Assembly (NCBI RefSeq): GCF_964355755.1 | Contig: NC_092671.1 | Span: 17,298,001 to 17,362,000 of the forward strand | Direction: 5' to 3' | DNA length: 64,000 nt | From: Antedon mediterranea | Taxonomy: Eukaryota > Animalia > Echinodermata | Shown: one piece after another, positions 25,356 through 38,710 of the stretch | How the letters are laid out: each line of letters begins with the position of its first letter | Position numbering within the stretch: position 1 is the stretch's first letter | Program-made: the position numbers and the translations under genes | The notes under the pieces: generated by a model | Database searches by the model: none | Told to the model about the DNA's origin: nothing | Seen by the model: the letters and a program-made list of their open reading frames with translations, nothing else

Positions 25356-27990
25356 ATTATTAGTTTATGTTTTGTTTTTTTTTCTTTTCGTATTTGTATT
25401 AATGATTACTTGATTGTATTTATTATCCTGTATGTTATTGTGTATTGTGGAAATGAATTGAATTGAATTGAATGCACAGTTAATCAGAATAACCAGTGAA
25501 GAGTGAAATTCCTTATCTTGTATAACATCAGTTTTACAGTCAGTATAACATCAGTTTTAGTCAGTTAAAAAAATTAAAAGGAAAAACTGTTTAGAAATGT
25601 GTATTTACAGGTATTTTTCATGTTTTATGCTGCTAACCTTTTACTATTTTATAGAAATGTCAATGTCTAATAGCTTTCAGCAAACATTTAAAACTAACAA
25701 ATCATTTATAAAACAATGATGAAAATAATGAACAGTTGTTACACAATATTATAGAAAATATGATGAAATGAGAAGTAATATTAATAGCTGCAAGGTACTT
25801 ATTCCTGTACGACAATTTAAAACTATCCAAGAGAACGTCAGTTAATTTAGAACTGTTTGAAATGATATGATGGGTTATTCATCAGTTGTTTGTATATATG
25901 ATTATTTTATAGATATAATTTGACAGCGTGGCATGCGAGACATCATGATTCTTCATACTTAAATTTACATAATCCCCTGAGGAAATGTGATTTAACTACA
26001 TAATAGAAATACTTACTTGATACAAATTAAACAAATTCCTTAACAATAAAGAAAAACACATCATTGTCATACTTGACTGATCATCGTGTATATACATTTT
26101 ATGTTTGAATATAATGAATGAAATTATAGAAATTGTTGTTATTGGTGATTTTAAGTTATTTTAAATACTAAATTAGCTTTAAAAGGATCAATTGTTTAAT
26201 ATTTTTTAAATGATGTATTTTTGCATGCATGTATTGAAGTAGTAAAAGTGTGATGGCCTAGTTAAATATTAATTAATACTGGTATACACAGTCCATTTCT
26301 AAAGCTTCCATGTACCAACACATAATACAGGACTCAGAATGTAACCTCCTATCACTGTTTAAAAATCTTGCCATCTACCCTAACAATTCTGGCATCCACC
26401 ATCCATGCTGTTTGTATATTGTTAAATTTATTTTACTATAGTATGTATATAATGGTAGACTAGACATGTAACTCGTCACTTTGACGAGTTTGGTTATCCG
26501 CCGCGCAAGTGGTGCAACATTAACATTAAGGGGATAGGTTGAGGACAAAAGGAAGTGTTCACGTTGGCATTATGACCTGAACTGAAGAATATGATATGTT
26601 GTTATTGCTGAAATTTATTGTTTAAATTCATATATACTGTAGTATACACAGTATAATCTGTATCCATATCACATACAGTGTAGAATAGGTGAAATTACGG
26701 GACCCGCTATTTATTGCAATTTTTAACATGTTGACGGTTTTAAAATGAAACGCGAAGGTAGCAATTCCGAAAGGAAATTATCTCAGCAACAACGTATTAG
26801 CATGTAGAAGAAATTTGAAAACGTGAAATATTGATGCGCGCTCGTTTAAATGTAATGAATTATGACGCAAAAGATGAAAATACAACCTTTTTTATTTAAC
26901 TGGCCATATGATGACGTCACAACATCCGATTGGCAACATTTTTACATAATTTCGTATCTACAGTCCAATAGCTTCCAGAAAAAGTTTTAATCGTGATTAT
27001 CACATTTTATTCTTACGAGCTATAACAGATTAAAATTTACTGTAAAGATGAAATTAATGCCACACGTGATTTAAATTTTTAAGCACGATGACGTAAAAAA
27101 AATTAAAATATTTTTAACTCATGCGAAAGATAGTTGATTGACCTAGACAATATCAAAATCGGGGTGAAAATGGAAAACGGATAAGTGGAGATGCGCTCTA
27201 TTCAATGTGATGAGCTATGACGAAAGATACAAAATCCTAAATTTTATATTTGCGTGGCCATACGATGACATCACAATGTCCGGTTAGCCATATTAATACC
27301 TGATCCAATATCTACAACTCATCTACTTCCAGAAAATGCCATCCACAAAAAGTTGACCGTTTAGTTTAGAAATTACGACTGTTTTAAAAAAGGCATATTT
27401 TAAACGAATTTTTTAACGTTTTCATAAAAAACGCGCGCAAATTGTCCAATTCGACGTGCTCGTATGACGTATCTTTAAGTCAAAATTGTTTAAAATTTGG
27501 TAAAATTACTAGAAAAGGCTGGAAAAACATAAATCACGCGAAAAAAATACGTTTTCAATGCTACGTGCGCTCCGCACACGTAAAAATGTGCGCATGCGTG
27601 GGAATTTTTGACATGCTTAAACCGACATGAAACGCGTAGAAAGTTGATTAGAAATTAATTTTGCGCATTTTGAAATTTTAAATGCGCGTGCGCGCGTAAC
27701 TTTGTGTAAAACACGCAATTTTTTTTCAACAGAAGGTTAGCGCATGATATAAATTAAACTTTTGCAAAGTTTCACTTTAAAATGTTATTTGGTTTTCGAC
27801 ATATGTTAAATACGAGAAAATCGTTAAATCGCGCGTACGTCACGTTGCGCGATTGTAAACATCATGAAAAGCTTCGCTTGACGACGTTACATAAATGTCA
27901 AAATGTTAACATAGTTAACAAAATGTTATGTTTGCAAGTTTTAGAGAAAAGCGTTACACAAAAATCATACAGAAAGAAAGAAGATTAAGA

Positions 27991-29589
27991 ACTAGACATG
28001 TAACTCGTCACTTTGACGAGTTTGGTTATCCGCCGCGCAAGTGGTGCAACATTAACATTAAGGGGATAGGTTGAGGACAAAAGAAAGTGTTCACGTTGGC
28101 ATTATGACCTGAACTGAAGAATATGATATGTTGTTATTCCTGAATTTTATTATTTAAATTCATATATAGTATACACAGTATAATCTGTATCCATATCACA
28201 TACAGTGTAGAATAGGTGAAATTACGGGACCCGCTATTTATTGCAATTTTTTAACATGTTGACGGTTTTAAAATGAAACGCGAAGGTACCAATTCCGAAA
28301 GGAAATTATCTCAGCAACAACGTATTAGCGTGTAGAAGAAATTTGAATACGTGAAATATTGATGCGCGCTCTTTTAAATGTAATGAATTATGACGCAAAA
28401 GATGAAAATACGACCTTTTTTATTTAACTGGCCATATGATGACGTCACAACATCCGATTGGCAACATTTTTACATAATTTCGTATCTACAGTCCAATAGC
28501 TTCCAGAAAAAGTTTTAATCGTGATTATCACATTTTATTCTTACGAGCTATAACAGATTAAAATTTACTGTAAAGATGAAATTAATGCCACACGTGATTT
28601 AAATTTTTAAGCACGATGACGTAAAAAAAATTAAAATATTTTTAACTCATGCGAAAGATAGTTGATTGACCTAGACAATATCAAAATCGGGGTGAAAATG
28701 GAAAACGGATAAGTGGAGATACGCTCTATTCAATGTGATGAGCTATGACGAAAGATACAAAATCCTAAATTTTATATTTGCGTGGCCATACGATGACATC
28801 ACAATGTCCGGTTAGCCATATTAATACCTGATCCAATATCTACAACTCATCTACTTCCAGAAAATGCCATCCACAAAAAGTTGACCGTTTAGTTTAGAAA
28901 TTACGACTGTTTTAAAAAAGGCATATTTTAAACGAATTTTTTAACGTTTTCATAAAAAACGCGCGCAAATTGTCCAATTCGACGTGCTCGTATGACGTAT
29001 CTTTAAGTCAAAATTGTTTAAAATTTGGTAAAATTACTAGAAAAGGCTGGAAAAACATAAATCACGCGAAAAAAATACGTTTTCAATGCTACGTGCGCTC
29101 CGCACACGTAAAATTGTGCGCATGCGTGGGAATTTTTGAAATGCTTAAACCGACATGAAACGCGTAGAAAGTTGATTAGAAATTAATTTTGCGCATTTTG
29201 AAATTTTAAATGCGCGTGCGCGCGTAACTTTGTGTAAAACACGCATTTTTTTTTCAACAGAAGGTTAGCGCATGATATAAATTAAACTTTTGCAAAGTTT
29301 CACTTTTAAATGTTATTTGGTTTTCGACATATGTTAAATACGAGAAAATCGTTAAATCGCGCGTACGTCACGTTGCGCGATTGTAAACATCATGAAAAGC
29401 TTCGCTTGACGACGTTACATAAATGTCAAAATGTTAACATAGTTAACAAAATGTTATGTTTGCAAGTTTTAGAGAAAAGCGTTACACAAAAATCATACAG
29501 AAAGAAAGAAGATTAAGAAAAAGATGATGATGATGATGATTTCGTACAATCACAAGAGGTTATCCTGCAACTTCGTTGCGGATAACCAA
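27991..29589 (-). mobile_element. Helentron/HINE-like element 2 (complete, about 1.6 kb)
   Basis: Both termini and an intact GAAA/(GAT)6 microsatellite. Confidence 0.88.
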
Positions 29590-29596
29590 AAAGATG

Positions 29597-32500
29597 ACTA
29601 GACATGTAACTCGTCACTTTGACGAGTTTGGTTATCCGCCGCGCAAGTGGTGCAACATTAACATTAAGGGGATAGGTTGAGGACAAAAGGAAGTGTTCAC
29701 GTTGGCATTATGACCTGAACTTAAGAATATGATATGTTGTTATTACTGAATGTTATTATTTAAATTCATATATAGTAGACACAGTATAATCTGTATCCAT
29801 ATCACATACAGTGTAGAATAGGTGAAATTACGGGACCCGCTATTTATTGCAATTTTTAACATTTTGACGGTTTTAAAATGAAACGCGAAGGTAGCAATTC
29901 CGAAAGGAAATTATCTCAGCAACAACGTATTAGCGTGTAGAAGAAATTTGAATACGTGAAATATTGATGCGCGCTCTTTTAAATGTAATGAATTATGACG
30001 CAAAAGATGAAAATACGACCTTTTTTATTTAACTGGCCATATGATGACGTCACAACATCCGATTGGCAACATTTTTACATAATTTCGTATCTACAATCCA
30101 ATAGCTTCCAGAAAAAGTTTTAATCGTGATTATCACATTTTATTCTTACGACCTATAACAGATTAAAATTTACTGTAAAGATGAAATTAATGCCACACGT
30201 GATTTAAATTTTTAGGCACGATGACGTCAAAAAAATTAAAATATTTTTAACTCATGCGAAAGATAGTTGATTGACCTAGACAATATCAAAATCGGGGTGA
30301 AAATGGAGAACGGATAAGTGGAGATGCGCTCTATTCAATGTGATGAGCTATGACGAAAGATACAAAAATCCTAAATTTTATATTTGCGTGGCCATACGAT
30401 GACGTCACAATGTCCGGTTAGCCATATTAATACCTGATCCGATATCTACAACTCATCTACTTCCAGAAAATGCCATCCACAAAAAGTTGACCGTCTAGTT
30501 TAGAAATTACGACTGTTTTAAAAAAGGCATATTTTAAACGAATTTTTTAACGTTTTCATAAAAAACGCGCGCAAATTGTCCAATTCGACGTGCTCGTATG
30601 ACGTATCTTTAAGTCGAAATTGTTTAAAATTTGGTAAAATTACTAGAAAAGGCTGGAAAAACATAAATCACGCGAAAAAAATACGTTTTCAATGCTACGT
30701 GCGCACCGCACACGTAAAAATGTGCGCACGCGTGGGAATTTTTGACATGCTTAAAACGACATGAAACGCGTAGAAAGTTGATTATGAATTAATTTTGCGC
30801 ATTTTGAAATTTTAAATGCGCGTGCGCGCGTAACTTTGTGTAAAACACGCAATTTTTTTTCAACAGAAAGTTAGCGCATGATATAAATTAAACTCTTGCA
30901 AAGTTTCACTTTAAAATATTATTTGGTTTTCGACATATGTTAAATACGAGAAAATCGTTAAATCGCGCGTACGTCACGTTGCGCGATTGTAAACATCATG
31001 AAAAGCTTCGCTTGACGACGTTACATAAATGTCAAAATGTTAACATAGTTAACAAAATGTTATGTTTGCAAGTTTTAGAGAAAAGCGTTACACAAAAATC
31101 ATACAGAAAGAAAGAAGATGAAAAAAAAGACTAGACATGTAACTCGTCACTTTGACGAGTTTGGTTATCCGCCGCGCAAGTGGTGCAACATTAACATTAA
31201 GGGGATAGGTTGAGGACAAAAGGAAGTGTTCACGTTGGCATTATGACCTGAACTGAAGAATATGATATGTTGTTATTGCTGAATTTTATTATTTAAATTC
31301 ATATAGTATACACAGTATAATCTGTATCCATATCACATACAGTGTAGAATAGGTGAAATTACGGGACCCGCTATTTATTGCAATTTTTAACATGTTGACG
31401 GTTTTAAAATGAAACGCGAAGGTAGCAATTCCGAAAGGAAATTATCTCAGCAACAACGTATTAGCGTGTAGAAGAAATTTGAATACGTGAAATATTGATG
31501 CGCGCTCTTTTAAATGTAATGAATTATGACGCAAAAGATGAAAATACGACCTTTTTTATTTAACTGGCCATATGATGACGTCACAACATCCGATTGGCAA
31601 CATTTTTACATAATTTCGTATCTACAATCCAATAGCTTCCAGAAAAAGTTTTAATCGTGATTATCACATTTTATTCTTACGAGCTATAACAGATTAAAAT
31701 TTACTGTAAAGATGAAATTGATGCCACACGTGATTTAAATTTTTAGGCATGATGACGTCAAAAAAATTAAAATATTTTTTACTCATGCGAAAGATAGTTG
31801 ATTGCCCCAGACAATATCAAAATCGGGGTGAAAATGAAAAACGGATAAGTGGAGATGCGCTCTATTCAATGTGATGAGCTATGACGAAAGATACAAAAAT
31901 CCTAAATTTTATATTCGCGTGGCCATACGATGACGTCACAATGTCTGGTTAGCCATATTAATACCTGATCCGATATCTACAACTCATCTACTTCCAGAAT
32001 ATGCCATCCATAAAAAGTTGACCGTCTAGTTTAGAAATTACGACTGTTTAAAAAAAGGCATATTTTAAACGAATTTTTTAACCTTTTCATAAGAAACGCG
32101 CGCAAATTGTCCAATTCGACGTGCTCGTATGACGTATCTTTAAGTCGAAATTGTTTAAAATTTTGTAAAATTACTAGAAAAGGCTGGAAAAACATAAATC
32201 ACGCGAAAAAAATACGTTTTCAATGCTACGTGCGCACCGCACACGTAAAAATGTGCGCACGCGTGGGAATTTTTGACATGCTTAAAACGACATGAAACGC
32301 GTAGAAAGTTGATTAGAAATTAATTTTGCGCATTTTGAAATTTTAAATGCGCGTGCGCGCCTAACTTTGTGTAAAACACGGAATTTTTTTTCAACAGAAA
32401 GTTAGCGCATGATATAAATTAAACTTTTGCAAAGTTTCAAGTTGAAATGTTATTTGGTTGTCGAGCTATGTTAAATACGACAAAATCGTTAAATCGCGCG

Positions 32501-32748
32501 TAAGTCACGTTGCGCAATTGTAAACGTCATGAAAAGCTTCGCTTGACGACGTTACGTAAATGTCAATATGTTAAGATAGTTACCGAAATGTTATGTTTGC
32601 GAGTTTTAGAGAAAAGCGTTACACAAAAATCATACAGGTTGATTTCGTACAATCACAAGAGGTTATCCTGCAACTTCGTTGCGGATAACCAATGATGATT
32701 TCGTACAATCACAAGAGGTTATCCTGCAACTTCGTTGCGGATAACCAA
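29597..32748 (-). mobile_element. Helentron/HINE-like element 3 (interrupted by element 4)
   Basis: Body 29597-31129 ends inside the microsatellite; the remainder and end lie at 32693-32748. Confidence 0.8.
31130..32692 (-). mobile_element. Helentron/HINE-like element 4 (complete, lacks the microsatellite)
   Basis: Both termini; catacag-gtt-gatttcgtac junction without a GAA/GAT tract. Confidence 0.88.
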
Positions 32749-33443
32749 ATGATGATGATTTCGTACAATCACAAGAGGTTATCCTGCAACTTCGTTGCGG
32801 ATAACCAAAAATTAAAAAATTATAACTTGAATATCTGTAATGGTATGTTTAAAATTTGATTAAAGAACCCAATTAGAAAGACCTCATGGCACAGCGATGC
32901 TTGATAAGCTCAACTTGATGAATGCACAGGACTATTAAGATCAGTACAGTAAAAACCTAGAAGCTCGTCGGTAATGAAACGAATACAAGATTCTAAAATA
33001 AATGATGAATTGAATTGAATAATCCCATTGAAATCATGCTTAATCTGTTTAATGTAATGTGATATCTGTGATAGATGGCTTGTACGTTCTTAAATACTTC
33101 AAGACAATCCTATCTAAATCTATTTGAGATGTGCTTCTCAAATTGACGACGCTGCTCACTGGTCAGTGAAGTTGTTCTTAAATCTTTGCAATAATCCTTA
33201 AGAATTTATCTTTACTGAAATAATTACATTGATTAAGACATTAAACAAAAAAAGTTTATGGCATTCCTAAAATAGAAAAGATGATCAAGAGCTTTATCAG
33301 ATATTTTTATTGATAATTTAATTGATATAATAAAATCTTGGTCAATCAATCCACAATACAATAAGAGTTATGCTTTTTTATCGTACGTAGCATACAACTC
33401 CATAGGTCTGAACCAGAAAAAGATTAGTAGAAGCCACCTCTTA

Positions 33444-33603
33444 AGTCTTGTCTACACTATCAAACTTTATGTGACGAAAAAATGTGATGTGCCCATATAT
33501 GGACATGATGAGGTCATATCACTACCACATTTGGGCATATCACTACCATATTTGGGCACATCACACTTTTTTGTCAAACTAGTTTCATAGTGTAGACAGA
33601 GCT
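33444..33603. mobile_element. MITE family A
   Basis: Both TIRs; TTA TSD. Confidence 0.85.
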
Positions 33604-34260
33604 TTAGAACAGTGATCTCTCTTACGTTTCTAAAGCTGAAGGTACAAGATTAATGTACGATGCTTACAATATGAAAGTCATGCATCAACAATTTTGACCT
33701 CCAACCAATCAAATTTAAAAACTCTTACATACTGGATTTCGCATTTATTTGTGATACTTGTAACCATACAAAAACTATTAAAACTTTTCAAGCCTTTTTA
33801 AAAAAAACGATATCATTTATTTTTTCAAAGTGTCTTTGGTCTAATAATAAAAAACAATTGGAAGGAAATTTATCAAAGTAGAAAGCTCTAAATACAATTA
33901 TGTAGTCCTTTATGAGATATGGGATGCATTAACTAATAATGTTACCGAAAAGCCAGTAACATCACTTTACTAGCTATATTGTTGAACACCTCATAAATCT
34001 TATGAAAAATGTCGGCCGACTGATTTGGGGTTAATAGAGATTTCGTGCCTGTACTGGATATAACTATGTAGGTCTCTAGCATAATTAAGTCAAATAAAAT
34101 TAGTTACTAAAGTTTTATGGCTTGGCCCTTGTCAGTTTTGTGGCTATATAATATTTTTTACTATGGTAATTAAAAGACATTTAATTATTATAATATGCTA
34201 GGTTGGAAATTAATCACCAGTTTTCTATATTTGATGTAAGGTTATGTAGTAAAGTACATA

Positions 34261-34636
34261 CCATATTTATTCGAATAAATGCCCTACTTTTAATATATGG
34301 CCCCTCTCCCATAAATAAACATCCATCCCCTCCCCATACCATAGAACATCATTTGGAATAAATGCTTCACTCCTCAAGTAAATGCCCCACATTGTATTAC
34401 AACACATTTCCATTTGTAAAGTAATTCATTGATTGACATGAGCTACAATTTACTAAGCATTTTGATACAATTTTTACTGTATCATTCTCTTCTTGATATT
34501 GTTGTATTTTATACATATCTAGGAGGTTTGATTATACATGTTACCATAATACAATAAAAGCCTTGAATAAACGCACCCTAAAACCCTTGCTGAACAATAA
34601 ACGCCCAGGGTATTAATAATATTCGAATAAAGACGG
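34261..34636. mobile_element. Tc1/mariner-pogo-like MITE
   Basis: TA|ccatatttattcgaata ... tattcgaataaagacgg|TA; internal aataaaygccc repeats. Confidence 0.7.
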
Positions 34637-35499
34637 TAATATGTTCTTTTAGTGTGGTTATCAGTTGGAAATCAATAAAAAAAATCAGTTGATTTTAAAA
34701 ACCTCAGACTGAGAGACAGGAAGAGTTGTGGTGAAGCTACATGAATGAGTAATAACATAAGGATGTTAATTCTTTCTCTTCAAAAGCCAATAAAATACTG
34801 AATAGAGTGATAACAACAAGGATAGTTTAACAGAAGACATCTGCTTGTATAAAAACACTTATGTATTCATACTCTATTCAATACATTGGTAAGATATTCG
34901 ATGAAATTATCACTGATCAAAACATTTTACAACCCTGCATTTGACTTCCCCTTTCACAATATATTTTTAAAGAAAGGGGGAACACAAGAAACAGGACGAT
35001 TATTATTTAATGAATTATGTACTGATTTGTTGGGATAGTGTGCCAGCAGAGTACAGTTTCAGTTTTAATATGTATATTTAAGTAAATAAATAAGTAATCT
35101 TTATATGTTTACAAAATAGATGTTTGAAAATAGAAGCACATTCTTTTGTTACGCTTTTTAAGAAACTTATAAGACATTTTCAACAAGTAAAAACTATTCA
35201 AGTTGAAAAAAAAAAAACAATTTCCTGTACAATTTGGACTATGTAAACGTATAATTACGAAAGATTTTAATAATTATTTTAAAATTAAGACTGACCCTCA
35301 TTATAAAGACTTGAAACAAAGGGAGTTGAATGTCCATGAACTTAATTACATAGCAACAGCTGAAACAGTTGCTGTAGGCTTTAAAAAATGTTGACGGAAA
35401 AACCTGGAAACAATGATTACCTGTTGCTAATATATTGAATATGTATATGGTACTTCATATATATAAATGATATTCTTTTATATAGGAAGGAAGATGTAA

Positions 35500-35623
35500 A
35501 GCTCTGTCTACATTTTGACAAAAAAAGTGTGATGTGCCCATATATGGTAGTGATATACCCAGATATGATGGTGATATGACATCATCATGTCCATATATGG
35601 GCACATACAGTTTGATAGTGTGT
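35500..35623. mobile_element. MITE family A with internal deletions
   Basis: Left TIR and core present. Confidence 0.8.
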
Positions 35624-35761
35624 TTACGAAAAAGAGGAAAAAACACTGTCATTGTCTCATATTATATCAAAGGATATTGGTAATACTACTCTGTAGTTAA
35701 AACATTACTGTGTCCAGGAATTAAAATTTGTTTTTTCAGTTCCTTAGGTAATCTAAACTAA

Positions 35762-36532
35762 GGTCGTGTTTATACAACACCCTAAATTTGAACACGGCTT
35801 AAATTTTTAGCGTGTTGTTCGGACCGAGGTCAACCCACCTTAACGTTTGCTGTTATACTAGAAATCACGATACCGTGTTGTACCGGAAGTTTCATCAACA
35901 CGCAGTGCATGCTAGGATAAAAGGTCAAATCGTTGATCGCTTGAATTGAATTGTTGGCTGGGTTGTTGTCAACAAATCATCGTCGCCTCCTCGCTGTCCG
36001 ATGATTCGCGCGGTATTTACCATTTTCATTATTGTATTCGTTCACGTTTGCATTGTTGTTTATTTTGTTCTCGGTTCATTTAAATTAATAAAAGTTATTT
36101 TAAGGGTTTCATTGTTTCATCTATACACTATGGAAGAAGATTTTTGCGATGTTATTTTTTATTCTGTTTGGAGTGGGAAACGATAGTCTATAGAGGCCTA
36201 CTACCACTACGAGTTGGCCCTACCAGGCTAGGCGTAAGACGTGGTAGGAGGATGATTGCTGGCAGCGAAGCAGCAATAAATGGGCCCAATCTTGTTAGAC
36301 GTCGCATGACATGATTGATATTACGACCTGTTTTAACGAGAGGTCAAAATATACCCTGAGGACACTTCCAACACGGTAACGGCGACCGGGAATCCACCAA
36401 ATTTTAGGATTCAGCCAAGTAGCCTTTTTTGCAATTAAAATCTCATTACACGGAATCTCTTTGTTGTTATACAACACACTTCTCGTAGGCGTGTAGAATA
36501 TGCGTGTAATAGCGTGTTGTATAAACGCGCCC
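35762..36532. mobile_element. Non-autonomous PIF/Harbinger-like element (771 bp)
   Basis: TIR ggtcgtgtttatacaacac / gtgttgtataaacgcgccc; TAA TSD; CpG-rich interior. Confidence 0.8.
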
Positions 36533-36957
36533 TAAGATTCTTTAAAAATAAGGTGCCGAATTGAATATCAAACAAAAAGACCTATATTTTTAGTTGAACA
36601 ACTTTCCTGTACTAAATATTCTCATCTTTTGTTTATTCTTTTGTGATTTTATAACATTTTGCTTCAAAATTCCTCTTGGAAGTTATGATAATGACAGCTG
36701 ATAAAATTTGATATTTTAATCATTCATGACTTTAATTTAAAATATAATGACCTCATTTACAGTGAAAGGATATCACAGCCAAAGTGTCCATGAACATGAA
36801 TTGGTACCAGCTGAGCAGGCTTCTCCTCACTTCCATGGACCTTTAAAAATTGTTGCATGAAACACCTGTGATAATGTTGGTTACCATTTCAAATGGTCAA
36901 ATGCAATGTTTGTTCTGCGTAATGAGTGAGTCAGTAAGAAGAATATGATAGAGTTTC

Positions 36958-37120
36958 CAGTGGAACCTCTATTAAGGAGACACCTTCAGGACCACAGTGT
37001 CCCCTGAATAGGGGTTAGCCATAGCGTTAACACATTATATTGCCCTCCTTTATTTTCACAGGATAGTGTCCCTTTAAAAGGGATGTTCCCTAAATAGTAG
37101 TGTCCTAAAGGAGTGGTTCA
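36958..37120. mobile_element. pogo/Tigger-like MITE remnant; fragments also near 9909 and 16735-16812
   Basis: cagtggaacctctattaaggagacacc...gtgtccc...gagtggttca. Confidence 0.55.
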
Positions 37121-37457
37121 AATCAACTAAATGTTGCTGATTTCACAATTTATAATAAAAAAATTATACTATTTCCATAATTTATAGATTATAAATTCCG
37201 AGATTAGAATTGTCTAAAACCAACTGATATATTTCATAGTACGAATTTCAACCTAAAGTGACCTTATTCATTAATTCTCAACTTAACTTGGCTGTCCTAT
37301 ATTTTCACTTTAAAAAAAGAACAGGCTTTAAAATGGATAATCAATTAATATTGGGAAATTAGAGGCCAGCATAAACTTTGATGGAAAAACATTCCAAACA
37401 TTTTAAAAGGTAACAAAAATTAATCATCACAAGCTTAAAATATTAGATAATCATTAA

Positions 37458-37597
37458 AACTATGTCTACAATATCAACCTAGTTTGACATAAAAAGTGTG
37501 ATGTGCCCAAATATGGTAGTGATATGACGTCATCGTGTCCATATATGGGCACATCACATTTTTTTGTTACATAAAGTTTGACAGTGTAGAGAGAGCT
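37458..37597. mobile_element. MITE family A
   Basis: Both TIRs; TAA flanks. Confidence 0.85.
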
Positions 37598-38029
37598 TAA
37601 CATTAGTATGATTCAGTAGCACACTTGGTACCATAACAACACTGATGGCAAGTCTTACATAATTCATTACTATTGATTTTTATAAAAGTAAAATATCAGA
37701 CACAGGTACATACAGTACATACTAGGTCAGTTTTTTTAGTGAATAGTTCAACTATGGAACCTGACATTCTGACACGAAAATGTAAAATTTATAGTTGTTT
37801 ATGTTGTTATTTATTATGTAGGGAGTAGACTCGTAGGCAGCTAGTCCTCTCATGGGGCCTATGAGGTTTTTAGGGTCGAATGCACCAGTGATATTAAATA
37901 AATCAAATACATACTATTCAAAATCCAGGTGTACTCATAATCAGGAAGGAATGTTGTTTTAGGTAATATAAAAAAGAACTTTGTTGGTTACTAATATTAG
38001 AAACTTGATTGTTTGTTATACCTCAAAGG

Positions 38030-38142
38030 AGTAGAGTTGTGGCTTGTTGGTTATGATGCTAGGCTACCAATTGAAGGGTACTGGGTTCAAGTCCTGTCAG
38101 GATTTTAAAGGGTCCTGGGTTCAAGTCCTGTCAGGATTTTTC
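38030..38142 (+). mobile_element. tRNA-derived SINE head with a duplicated B-box segment
   Basis: A-box tggcttgttgg; about 33-bp unit aagggt.ctgggttcaagtcctgtcaggatttt twice in tandem. Confidence 0.6.
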
Positions 38143-38710
38143 TAATGACAATTTATAGACTTGTAATATTAATAATCGTAATAAGACTTTTATTATGTAG
38201 AGCATCTTGTGTATATGTTTTTCTTGTGAACAGGATTGCTGCCTTTAAGAATGATAGTGAATTGATTCGCACTTTCCCAAATATATATATAAAAAAAAGC
38301 ATGTGCCTGTAAAAAACTGTATCATTGCAATGCTAATCTACAGCAAGTGGTAAAACAGCAGAATATCAAATTCACAATACAATATATAAAATGAATTTCA
38401 TTTGAAAGTATCAGATAGGCTGTCATTCTTTTAGAGGAAGGAGTGTTGTTTATAGGCCGATACATGGTAAATGTATAGGCCCATACATGGTTAATTTATA
38501 GGCCCTATACATTAACAATGTATTGTAAACCTGTAACAAAAACTTGAAATGACAGTACAGTAATTTGCTTCTGTTGAAACCCAATACAAATATGGCCTCC
38601 AGTGTTCAATGATTAATAGCAATTCTTTTATACACCTATAAATAAGTTAGCCAACTTTTACATTTGAATTAGGAATAGTTTGAAAAGATGCTATTGTTAA
38701 AAGATTAAAT

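Larger units (their letters stand above)
26459..32808 (-). mobile_element. Helentron/HINE-like element 1 (outermost; body 26459-27990, far end 32749-32808)
   Basis: ACTAG terminus, hairpin actcgtca-ctt-tgacgagt and subTIR ttggttatccgc at left; matching gcggataaccaa end at 32808; no TSD. Confidence 0.8.

Noticed and set aside
27442-32695. Repeated 61-68 aa ORFs (MSNSTCSY..., MLFGFRHM...)
   Set aside because: Short frames, several with non-ATG starts, repeated only because the element is repeated; no Rep or helicase motifs.
32641-32808. Three palindromic direct repeats of about 52 bp resembling a CRISPR array
   Set aside because: Spacers are only a few bases of (GAT)n, the context is eukaryotic, there are no cas genes, and the repeats are element termini.
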